NCBI GenBank assembly: GCA_012960055.1
Contig: DUCA01000074.1
Location: forward strand, 1 to 32,608
Direction of reading: 5' to 3'
DNA length: 32,608 nucleotides
Source of the DNA: Cycloclasticus sp.
GTDB taxonomy: Bacteria; Pseudomonadota; Gammaproteobacteria; Methylococcales; Cycloclasticaceae
Shown: in pieces, positions 8,607 to 18,181 of the stretch
Numbering within the stretch: position 1 is the stretch's first letter
How the letters are laid out: each line of letters begins with the position of its first letter
Notes under the pieces: model-generated
Told to the model about the DNA's origin: nothing
The model's input: only the letters and a program-made list of their open reading frames with translations
Database searches by the model: none
Translations under genes and position numbers: made by a program

Positions 8607-9751
8607 CGTAAACCCAAGCCTCTAGCCAAAATACCGCGTAAAATTTCCCGCGTACCGCCTCTTAGCGAGAACGACGGGGCTTTCAATATGGCATCTGATA
8701 ACAGCCTTGCCACACCATTGTTTGTTGTTGACCTTGGTTCAACGGATAGAATCAAACGCATGGCCTCTGGCAGGTCTTGTTCAAATGAGGTGCCTAAATC
8801 TTTAACAACCGATGCCTCATTCACCGGCAGTTTGCCGTCTTGAAGCTGGCTGGCCACCGATAACGACATTTGTCGCAACACCATCAGTTTCGCTACAAAT
8901 TGGCCTATAACGCTCATCGCACGAGCATCTGGTTTGGTTTGTCGTAACTCACCGATAGACGCTTCGAGCAATTGATAGCTGCTTAAAAAACGTTCTGGGC
9001 CGCTGCGTTCAAACGCCAATTCGGCCATCACTTGATTCCAACCATCATTGACGGTTCCTGCCACCTGCTCATCTGGCACAAACACATTATCGAAAAATAT
9101 TTCATTAAAGTGCTCATCACCCGCCAAATTTTTAATCGGCCGAATCGTCACCCCGTCTGCCGACAAGTCAATAATCAGCTGGCTTAAACCCGCGTGTCGA
9201 TTGTCCGATACCGGCGCCGTTCGGCACAGCGTAATCATGTAATGGCACGCATGTGCCCAACTCGTCCAGGTCTTTGCGCCGTTCACCAACCAGCCACCGT
9301 CGACACGTTTTGCGCTGGTTTTAATCGACGCCAAATCAGAACCGCTATTCGGCTCGCTCATGCCAATCGCAAAAAAACATTCGCCTTTTATTATTTGCGG
9401 TAAAAAGAATTCGCGCTGCGACTGCGTACCAAAGCGCAACAACAACGGGCCGCTTTGTCTATCCGCAACCCAATGCGCACCAACGGGTGCACCCGCCGCC
9501 AATAATTCTTCTATCACCACGTAGCGTTCAAGGTAACTGCAGCCACCGCCACCGTATTGTTCAGGCCAAGTCATGCCAATCCACCCTTGTTCAGCCAAGG
9601 CTTTGCTAAAGTCAGCATCGCAAATCGTCCACGAGTCAATCAAATCTGCTGTCGGAAAATCGCCGTATTGTTGCAGAAACCGCCGGACCTTCAGCCGCAG
9701 AGCCGCTTCTTTTTCTGACGAAATAACCGGGTCAAATGTTAATGTCTGCAT
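8603..9751 (-). CDS. Acyl-CoA dehydrogenase, large subunit (FadE26-like group)
   Basis: GMSEPNSGSDLAS, NGAKTWTS, HFNEIFFDNV, LAFERSG, LRGGTREILR. Confidence 0.9.
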   Translation of the reverse strand: MQTLTFDPVISSEKEAALRLKVRRFLQQYGDFPTADLIDSWTICDADFSKALAEQGWIGMTWPEQYGGGGCSYLERYVVIEELLAAGAPVGAHWVADRQSGPLLLRFGTQSQREFFLPQIIKGECFFAIGMSEPNSGSDLASIKTSAKRVDGGWLVNGAKTWTSWAHACHYMITLCRTAPVSDNRHAGLSQLIIDLSADGVTIRPIKNLAGDEHFNEIFFDNVFVPDEQVAGTVNDGWNQVMAELAFERSGPERFLSSYQLLEASIGELRQTKPDARAMSVIGQFVAKLMVLRQMSLSVASQLQDGKLPVNEASVVKDLGTSFEQDLPEAMRLILSVEPRSTTNNGVARLLSDAILKAPSFSLRGGTREILRGILARGLGLR

Positions 9752-10024
9752 AGATTAAAATGAATAAAATTTAGACCAGCATGAAGCAAGCTGCCCAACA
9801 AAACAATAACTGTCTAATTTTTCACACTGCAGTTCAATGAACCGCAATCACTAACTCTACCCTACCAAAACCAACCTTGTTTTTCACGCCACTTTTTCTT
9901 CATAAAACGTGTTTTTTCATCATCGCATGCATCGTTTAGCTGCATTGCGGCCTCTTTGTTTCTAATGGTAATATTGCCGCAAACTAATCCACGCACCACT
10001 AAGAGCACTGAGGAGGTGCTTTAC

Positions 10025-11218
10025 ATGTCCCAATCATCACTTGACGGTATTAAAGTTGTCGATCTCTCACGCGTCCTAGGCGGGCCTTTATGCACCCAAA
10101 TTCTGGGCGATCACGGCGCTGAGATTATTAAAATAGAACCCCCAGCCGGTGACGAAACGCGCAGTTGGGGGCCTTACCATCATGAAAACAGCAGCGCCTA
10201 TAACGACGGCCTTAATCGCAATAAAAAATGCCTCGCCTTGGATATGCGCCAAACCGAAGCACACGACATCCTGTTTCGTTTGCTGGAAGATGCCGACGTG
10301 CTCGTCGAAAACTTTAAAATCGGCACGCTCGAAAAATGGGGCATCGGCTTTGAAGACGTCTTACAAAAAAAATTTCCACGCTTAATACACTGTCGCGTCA
10401 CTGGATTTGGTAACACGGGGCCGTATGCTGGCTTTCCGGGGTACGATGCCATTGCCCAAGCCACTTCAGGCTTATTAAGCATCAACGGCGACCCAGACCG
10501 CCCACCCGTTCGCGTTGGTATACCCGTGGTAGACATCACCACCGGCATGAACGCCGTTATCGCCATTTTATTAGCCCTGCACGAACGCAATACATCCGAC
10601 TTAGGGCAATCCATAGAAATCAGCTTATACGATACCGCCATCAGTCTGCTTCACCCACATGCCGCCAACTGGTTCCTAGATGGCAAACCTCGTCAACGCA
10701 CCGGCAGTGCACACCCCAACATCACCCCCTACGACCTGTTACCAACTGCTAATGGCTACCTGTTCTTAACCATCGGCAACAACAAACAATTTGCCGGATT
10801 ATGTAACGAATTGGGTTACAGCCACGTCGCCAAAGACCCACGTTTTTCAAGCAATGCAGAACGCACACGCAACACCCTCGCTCTGCGTAAAATACTCGAA
10901 GAAATGCTCGCCGATAAAGACGGCAAAGCCCTAACCAAAATTTTCTTAGAAAAAGGCATACCCGTCGGCTCCGTACAAACCGTTGAAGACGCGCTGCAAC
11001 ACCCTCAAACCATCGCACGCAACATGGTGGTACAAGATGGCGAATACCGAGGCACCGGTATACCCATCAAACTCTCAAGAACCCCCGGCAAAATTCAATG
11101 CAAACCACCAGAATATGGTGAGCATAATGTTGAAATATTATCCGATGCTGGCTATTGCGAAGAGGATATTCAGCGATTTAAAGACATGCAAATCACGCTG
11201 GATAAACCAAGAAAATAA
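10025..11218 (+). CDS. Family III CoA transferase (CaiB/BaiF)
   Basis: LDGIKVVDLSRVLGGP, GAEIIKIEPP.GDETR, NRNKK, DVLVENF, PGYD. The ATG at 10025 is preceded by GAGGAGG and preferred over 9956. Confidence 0.92.
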   Translation: MSQSSLDGIKVVDLSRVLGGPLCTQILGDHGAEIIKIEPPAGDETRSWGPYHHENSSAYNDGLNRNKKCLALDMRQTEAHDILFRLLEDADVLVENFKIGTLEKWGIGFEDVLQKKFPRLIHCRVTGFGNTGPYAGFPGYDAIAQATSGLLSINGDPDRPPVRVGIPVVDITTGMNAVIAILLALHERNTSDLGQSIEISLYDTAISLLHPHAANWFLDGKPRQRTGSAHPNITPYDLLPTANGYLFLTIGNNKQFAGLCNELGYSHVAKDPRFSSNAERTRNTLALRKILEEMLADKDGKALTKIFLEKGIPVGSVQTVEDALQHPQTIARNMVVQDGEYRGTGIPIKLSRTPGKIQCKPPEYGEHNVEILSDAGYCEEDIQRFKDMQITLDKPRK

Positions 11219-11275
11219 TGACTAAGAACTCCCTTGGTTTTTAGAGGGGATTGCACAAGCAATTGAGCTGCTCAT

Positions 11276-11306
11276 AAAAGCCCCTGCATCATTGGTAGAC
11301 GCAGGG
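11276..11306 (-). terminator. Putative intrinsic terminator on the minus strand
   Basis: Minus-strand RNA CCCUGCGUC-UACCAAU-GAUGCAGGG (9 bp with one G-U) followed by GCUUUU. Confidence 0.5.
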
Positions 11307-11496
11307 TTCTCATCGTCCTTGAATATGAGTCCGTTGCTAAACGAATGTCACGAAGTTTAGGCCTTGCCGTACACACGCTGATATAGAAGATATCATTGAT
11401 TATTTATGTACTATTAGTGGACATAGAAAAGTACATTTCCTATGGAGACCTAATTTAAAAGCAATCACAACCCAGCAAGTGACTTTCAAATGGACG

Positions 11497-11529
11497 TAAT
11501 CTAACGCCTTTTAGCAAGGCGTTAGATTA
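11497..11529 (-). terminator. Hairpin directly downstream of the pimCD-maoC operon; probable terminator
   Basis: Perfect 14-bp inverted repeat TAATCTAACGCCTT-TTAGC-AAGGCGTTAGATTA, 6 nt after the stop codon at 11536. The U-tract is weak. Confidence 0.65.
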
Positions 11530-11535
11530 AAGTGC

Positions 11536-11967
11536 TCACCCAACCCTACAAACACAAAACCCCTTAACAACCGCCTTATCTCCACAATAACAGGCGATTA
11601 AACAACGCGCATAGATGCCGTCTTCTCGCTGTTCGATGTGATCTATTTCAGCAGTTACTCGTACCTCGTTGCCTGGGTATACTGGCCCTAGGAAGGCGAT
11701 ATCTAATTCGCCGCCGTATGCCCAGCCTTGCCAGTTCCAACGTGATAATACGCGTGAGACGAACGCTAGGGTTAATAGCCCATGGGCGATGGTACCGCCG
11801 AAGATGGTGGTTTTTGCAAACTCTGGATCGATATGTAATGGATTGATATCACCCGATGCATCGGCGTATGCATCTATCATGCTTTGTTCTACGGTTTGAA
11901 TAAGTTCGGGCAATGTGTCGCCAACGGTATAATTTTTATAGCGTTGCAGTTGTTTGACTGAGAACAT
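11536..11967 (-). CDS. MaoC-family (R)-enoyl-CoA hydratase, catalytic hotdog subunit
   Basis: Hydratase-2 motif YADASGDINPLH...IAHG. The ATG at 11967 overlaps the upstream TAA (TAATG coupling). Confidence 0.88.
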   Translation of the reverse strand: MFSVKQLQRYKNYTVGDTLPELIQTVEQSMIDAYADASGDINPLHIDPEFAKTTIFGGTIAHGLLTLAFVSRVLSRWNWQGWAYGGELDIAFLGPVYPGNEVRVTAEIDHIEQREDGIYARCLIACYCGDKAVVKGFCVCRVG

Positions 11968-12389
11968 TATTCTTTCCCCCAAATTCGGGTAATCATGCCG
12001 CTGGTGATAAGCTCACCGGCTTGGTTTTTTGTTTCTGTTGTCATCTCTACGTAGTTGCGCCCTTTGCGTTGATACAACTTGAGCACATAAGCTGCGGTAT
12101 AGAGCGTTTCGCCAATTTTGGCGGGGCGATGGAAGGTAAACTGTTGTTTGGCGTGTATGCCACCGGGCGGGCCTACGCGTGTTCGCAAGGCGTCTATCAC
12201 GTACACCGCAGCTATCATCGGCGGTGCGATTTTATCACCATCGGCATCCAATTCTGTTAGCTCTGGCGTGCTGTCGCTTGTTGCGCTGATATAGCGATTA
12301 ACTGCATCTTGGCTTACTTCAAATAATGCTGGTGGGTGCAAAAATTCATCGCCTTCCACCAAGCTTGCGTATGTTACAAAATCAGCCAT
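11967..12389 (-). CDS. MaoC/hotdog-fold partner subunit lacking the catalytic D-x4-H motif
   Basis: APPM, GGIHAKQQFTFHRP..GETL and RKGRNYV are typical of N-terminal MaoC-like/HadA-type hotdog proteins. Confidence 0.78.
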   Translation of the reverse strand: MADFVTYASLVEGDEFLHPPALFEVSQDAVNRYISATSDSTPELTELDADGDKIAPPMIAAVYVIDALRTRVGPPGGIHAKQQFTFHRPAKIGETLYTAAYVLKLYQRKGRNYVEMTTETKNQAGELITSGMITRIWGKE

Positions 12390-12395
12390 CGTTCA

Positions 12396-13526
12396 TCACG
12401 CCTCACAAAATCGTTGCATATGGAAATCACGGTCACCAAACAAGCTGTTCAACATCGTTAACCGTTTAACGTAATGCACCACGTCTAATTCATCTGTTAC
12501 GCCTATACCGCCGTGCAGTTGCGCGGCTTGTTCGGCTACTATTGTTCGCGCATCACCCAAATATACTTTTGCGGCTGACACGCTTTGTCTGGATTCTACC
12601 GCTTCGCCATCGCTTACTTTTATGGCGGCTAAATACGCTAAGGAACGCATTTGTTCTTCGTGCATAAACATGTCCACGCAGCGGTGTTGTAGCACTTGAA
12701 AATCGCTGAGTGCTTGGCCAAATTGCTTGCGTGTTTTTAGGTACTCCACGGTTTTTTCACGTAACTGCGCTATCACCCCAATCCCTTCGGCGCATACCGC
12801 AGCGGTTGCGGAATCTATCACTGTTTGTATTGCCTCGTAGGCGTTACCGAGTGCGCCGACTAATGCGTCTTCAGCCACCATGACATTGTTAAAGCTAAGT
12901 TCTGATGCACGTAGGCCATCGACGGTTTCGTAATGCCTAGTTGAAAGCCCGGCTGCGTCTTTATCAACCAGCAACAATGAAATACCCGACTGGCTGATGG
13001 TTTCGCCACTGGTTCTTACCGAGACGATAATTTTATCCGCCGTTTCGCTGTTAAACACAACTGACTTATTACCGTTGATGCAAAATTGAGCACCCTGCTT
13101 TTCGGCCTGACACGCTACATCAGCTAAGTTATAGCGCGATTGACGCTCAACATAGGCAAAGGAAAGTTTGAACTCACCGGCTATTAACGGTTCTAATATG
13201 GCGTGTTTCTGCGCCTCGCTACCGGCTTGCTGTATTAACTGCCCTGCTAACACCACCGATGCAAGGTACGGCTCGACAATAAGGCCTTTGCCTATCGCTT
13301 CCATCACCACAACCAAGCCCATTTGGCCGAAACCAAAACCACCGTATTGCTCGTCAAACGGCACACCCAGCAGCCCCATGTCGGCGAACTGTTGCCAGTT
13401 ATCCTCGCTGTAGCCAATGCCATTACGGCTTAAGGTTTGCCGTTGTTCAAAGCTGTATTGCTTGTTCAAAAACTTACTGAGCATGTCTTGCAACATGATC
13501 ATTTCTTCACTCAATTCTAAATTCAT
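12396..13526 (-). CDS. pimD: Pimeloyl-CoA dehydrogenase small subunit-like acyl-CoA dehydrogenase
   Basis: YSFEQRQ, GLLGVPFDEQYGGFG, EPYL, ERQSRYNLADV, TVEYLKTRKQFG...FQVLQHR, QLHGGIG, FGD.DFH; adjacent to a PimC homologue. Confidence 0.82.
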   Translation of the reverse strand: MNLELSEEMIMLQDMLSKFLNKQYSFEQRQTLSRNGIGYSEDNWQQFADMGLLGVPFDEQYGGFGFGQMGLVVVMEAIGKGLIVEPYLASVVLAGQLIQQAGSEAQKHAILEPLIAGEFKLSFAYVERQSRYNLADVACQAEKQGAQFCINGNKSVVFNSETADKIIVSVRTSGETISQSGISLLLVDKDAAGLSTRHYETVDGLRASELSFNNVMVAEDALVGALGNAYEAIQTVIDSATAAVCAEGIGVIAQLREKTVEYLKTRKQFGQALSDFQVLQHRCVDMFMHEEQMRSLAYLAAIKVSDGEAVESRQSVSAAKVYLGDARTIVAEQAAQLHGGIGVTDELDVVHYVKRLTMLNSLFGDRDFHMQRFCEA

Positions 13527-13540
13527 CTAACCCCCCTCAC

Positions 13541-14737
13541 CTAAAGCCCAAGCACGGCTTTGGCCATGATGTTTTTTTGAATTTCGTTTGAGCCGCCGTA
13601 GATGGATGTTTTACGCCAATCGAAATAATGTGGCGCTAAAAATACCGCTTCTTCTGGGCCTATGGGCTCATCTTGCCAACCGTCTAACATCACGTCTTTT
13701 TTGTATGGGAAACCGTAATACGCCACCGCTTCCATCAGCAAGGCGGTTATCGCTTGTTGTACCTCGGTGCCTTTTACTTTTAGCAGTGATGAGGCCACGC
13801 CGGGCGGTTCGCCCGCTGATAATTTTGATAGCACGCGCAGGTTCGTCATTTCTAAGGCCATCAGCTCCACTTCTATTTCAGCAATTTTGCGCCTAAAACT
13901 ACTGTCTTCAAGTAAAGGTTTGCCGTTACATTGTTCGTTAGAAGCTAAGGCTTTTAAGCGTTGTATTTGTTTTTTTGAACGCGGTACTTGCGCAATATTG
14001 GTGCGTTCGTGCTGTAACAAATATTTAGCAATTGACCACCCCTCGCCTTCTTCGCCAACCAAGTTTTCGACCGGCACTTTTACGTCGTCAAAAAACACTT
14101 GATTCACCGCGTGCATGCCATCGACGGTGATAATCGGCTCAACACTCACGCCATTGGCTTTCATGTCTATCAACAAAAAGCTGATGCCTTTTTGTTTTCT
14201 GTCTTCTTGACTGGTACGCACCAACACAAAAATCATATCGGCGTAATGGCCGTGTGTTGTCCACGTTTTGGTGCCATTAACAAGGTAATGCTCGCCTTTG
14301 TTATCTGCTCGCATTTGCAGCGAAGCAAGGTCTGATCCGGCATTAGGTTCGGAATAACCCTGCGCCCACCAAACATTGCTTTGTAACATATCGGGGAAAT
14401 ATTGTTGGCGTTGCTGCTCTGTACCAAACTTTAACAATACAGACGCTAACATAACCAAACCAAACGGCACTAAACGCAAGCAGTTTGCCGTGGCACATTC
14501 TTCTTCGAAAATATATTTCTGCACTGGCGTCCAACCCGTACCGCCGTGTTCTTTTGGCCAGCCGGGTACTAGCCAGCCTTTATCATTCAGAATTCTTTGC
14601 CACGTGACATAATCGGCTTTTTTTAGCGCAATGCCTTTAGCCACCTTTTCTTGAATATCGGCTGGGTAGCTTGCTTGTAAGAACGCCCTAACTTCAAGCT
14701 GAAAGGCTTGTTCTTCAGGGGTGTAATTTAAATCCAC
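13541..14737 (-). CDS. pimC: Pimeloyl-CoA dehydrogenase large subunit-like acyl-CoA dehydrogenase
   Basis: GTG start with AGGAG RBS; WPKEHGGTGW, QGYSEPNAGSDLASL, KQKGISFLL.DM, HERT, SIYGGSNEIQKNIMAKAVLGL resemble R. palustris PimC as remembered. Confidence 0.85.
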   Translation of the reverse strand: MDLNYTPEEQAFQLEVRAFLQASYPADIQEKVAKGIALKKADYVTWQRILNDKGWLVPGWPKEHGGTGWTPVQKYIFEEECATANCLRLVPFGLVMLASVLLKFGTEQQRQQYFPDMLQSNVWWAQGYSEPNAGSDLASLQMRADNKGEHYLVNGTKTWTTHGHYADMIFVLVRTSQEDRKQKGISFLLIDMKANGVSVEPIITVDGMHAVNQVFFDDVKVPVENLVGEEGEGWSIAKYLLQHERTNIAQVPRSKKQIQRLKALASNEQCNGKPLLEDSSFRRKIAEIEVELMALEMTNLRVLSKLSAGEPPGVASSLLKVKGTEVQQAITALLMEAVAYYGFPYKKDVMLDGWQDEPIGPEEAVFLAPHYFDWRKTSIYGGSNEIQKNIMAKAVLGL

Positions 14738-14945
14738 AGCGGTCTCCTATTGAAGTTGTACGCTAAATAATTCGGCAAACGCTACTTTAAGCGCTTAGAA
14801 AAACACCTCATACTACATTAGCATTTGCTAAACAAAAAGCCCTAAAGACAGGTACAATTAATCGGCAATTAAATAATTGGCACGCGTTTTATCAAACGCT
14901 CGTCCCGTGTTTAAAATTAACCTCTAACAACAGGAATTTCAACTG

Positions 14946-15551
14946 ATGAAACTGTACTACTCCTCTGGATCATGTTCTTTATCTCCACACATTGCTATTT
15001 GCGAAACTGGCTTAGACGTTGAACTCGTTAAAGTCGATTTGCAATCACACACGCTTGAAAACGGTGACAACTACCTAGACATTAACCCTTGTGGTTATGT
15101 ACCTGCGTTGGAACTTGATAACGGTGACTTTTTATACGAAGGCCCTGCTATTGTTCAATACTTGGCTGGTCTGGCACCTGACAAGAACCTAGCGCCTGCA
15201 CCTGATACCTTTGAACGAGCAAAATTACAGCAGTGGTTGAATTTCCTATCTACCGAGTTACACAAGGGTGTTGCGCCTTTATTTAACCCAGCCATGCCAG
15301 ATGAAGCTAAAGCCATTCTTGTTGAAGGTTACAGCAACCGTTTGAGCCAATTAGCCGATGCCTTAGGCAACAAAGATTACTTATTGGGCGAACAATATTC
15401 AATGGCTGACATTTACTTATTCGTGATTTTAAGCTGGCACCCATACTTTGATTTTGATGCCTCACCTTGGCCTACGCTTCAAGCGTTCCAAGAACGCGTT
15501 GGCGCACGTGCGGCAGTGCAACAAGCCTTAAAAGAAGAAGGCTTAGCGTAA
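14946..15551 (+). CDS. gstA: Beta-class glutathione S-transferase (GstA/BphK/XylK-like)
   Basis: MKLYYS.GSCSLSPHI (Cys10), INP.GYVP, EGPAIVQY, WLNFLSTELHK, ADIYLFV. Confidence 0.93.
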   Translation: MKLYYSSGSCSLSPHIAICETGLDVELVKVDLQSHTLENGDNYLDINPCGYVPALELDNGDFLYEGPAIVQYLAGLAPDKNLAPAPDTFERAKLQQWLNFLSTELHKGVAPLFNPAMPDEAKAILVEGYSNRLSQLADALGNKDYLLGEQYSMADIYLFVILSWHPYFDFDASPWPTLQAFQERVGARAAVQQALKEEGLA

Positions 15552-15563
15552 GTTTTAGAGCCG

Positions 15564-15604
15564 ATAACCGAGGTGCTGCAATAGCACCTCGGTTATGTTT
15601 TTTT
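15564..15604 (+). terminator. Rho-independent terminator after the GST gene
   Basis: 14-bp perfect stem ATAACCGAGGTGCT-GCAAT-AGCACCTCGGTTAT followed by G and a T7 tract. Confidence 0.85.
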
Positions 15605-15610
15605 ATTCAC

Positions 15611-16014
15611 CTAGAGCTTTACCGCAAGTATTGCGTGTTGCCGTATAAAACTCCAGCGAATGCACATCAGCAAATACCTTAAAATTTGCTGCCCCACGCG
15701 CAATAAAGGCATGCGTCATAATCACTTTAGCTTGGGCTGTATCGACCCATTTGTGCTTCTACAAAATCATCAAAGCGGCGTGTTATTTCATTGGCAACGG
15801 CATACAACATGTCCACACGTTGCTCTACGTTAAAGCCAGCCCACTCGCCATTTAAGGCTGCTTTAGCGGCTAAGACGGCTTGATTAACATCCACCTACCT
15901 CGCTTCAACAACAGTCACAATCACGCGATGATTGATAGGTGAGCGTTTATCGAAGCACGTGTCATCCGTTGCAGAAACACACTCACCGTTAATGAAGTTT
16001 TTAATTTTTTGCCT
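15611..16014 (-). pseudogene. xylG: 2-hydroxymuconic semialdehyde dehydrogenase (XylG/DmpC) relic with a large internal deletion
   Basis: Manual translation: AGGAGG RBS (16024-16029); AGG where the start ATG should be (16012-16014); QKIKNFINGE...EAR*VDVNQAVLAAKAALNGEW...EITRRFDDFVEA; frameshift near 15745; ARGAANFKVFAD joined directly to VHSLEFYTATRNTC, then a +1 shift to VKL* (TAG 15611-15613). These match the XylG/DmpC N- and C-termini. Confidence 0.88.
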
Positions 16015-16039
16015 ACAGCCCAGCCTCCTAAATACCTTT

Positions 16040-16062
16040 TGTCACAGACATACTGTCTGACC
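16040..16062. promoter_or_regulatory. Candidate operator (inverted repeat) in the divergent xylG-relic / dioxygenase promoter region
   Basis: CAGACA-TAC-TGTCTG (16045-16059) overlapping TGTC-ACA-GACA (16040-16050). Confidence 0.3.
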
Positions 16063-16162
16063 CTTTAAAACTATACCTGTATGGTAATTTGTTTTTTTTG
16101 AATACCGCTATTTTGGAATATGATTGTAATCATAAATTCAGTTTATTTTTTAAGCAAAGTAG

Positions 16163-17557
<1,395 letters not shown>

Positions 17558-17602
17558 TTATCAGCCTATAACAAGCCCCCTATTCAAGCTAAGGAACACC
17601 CT

Positions 17603-18175
17603 ATGCCTTCTACTTTTGATTTAAAAAAATTATTGCAAACACCACCAATAGACTTTGCGCTGCAACAAAGCATTGAGCAGTTTTACTACCGCGAAGCCTT
17701 ATTGCTGGATAACATTGCTTATGATGACTGGTTTGCGTTACTGGATGAAGACATCCACTATTTTATGCCCATCAGACGTAATGTGATGAAACGCGGGCGA
17801 GTACGTGATACCGATGTCAGTGAATATTCAGGCGCTGATGAGTTTGCTCACTTTGATGACGACATCAACATGATGCGTGGTCGCTTACGTAAGCTTCAAA
17901 GCGACTTCAGCTGGTCTGAAAACCCAGCTTCAAGAACTCGGCACCTTGTTTCAAACGTTATTATTCACCCAACAGACGTCGAAGGAACCTACGAGGTCTG
18001 CTCTGCGTTTTTGGTATACCGCAACCGCTTAGAAACACAAGTTGATATATTTGCAGGTGAACGGCACGATGTACTTAGACGCGCAGACAATGACTTAGGC
18101 TTTAAAATTGCAAAACGTACCTTGTTGTTGGATCAAAGCACCGTCTTATCAAACAATATTAGTATTTTCTTCTAG
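17603..18175 (+). CDS. bphA2: Rieske dioxygenase beta subunit (BphA2/TodC2/XylC2-like)
   Basis: [66 protein letters not shown]. Confidence 0.93.
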   Translation: MPSTFDLKKLLQTPPIDFALQQSIEQFYYREALLLDNIAYDDWFALLDEDIHYFMPIRRNVMKRGRVRDTDVSEYSGADEFAHFDDDINMMRGRLRKLQSDFSWSENPASRTRHLVSNVIIHPTDVEGTYEVCSAFLVYRNRLETQVDIFAGERHDVLRRADNDLGFKIAKRTLLLDQSTVLSNNISIFF

Positions 18176-18181
18176 CACGCT

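Noticed and set aside
9966-9981. Sigma54 promoter TGGTAATATTGCCGCA before the CoA transferase
   Set aside because: GG-N10-GC spacing fits but both boxes are poor; an extended -10 sigma70 reading is equally plausible.
9956-10024. N-terminal extensions given by the ORF track (9956; also 7602, 11982 and 16202)
   Set aside because: Downstream ATGs (10025, 7557, 11967, 16223) have better RBSs or coupling and match family N-termini.
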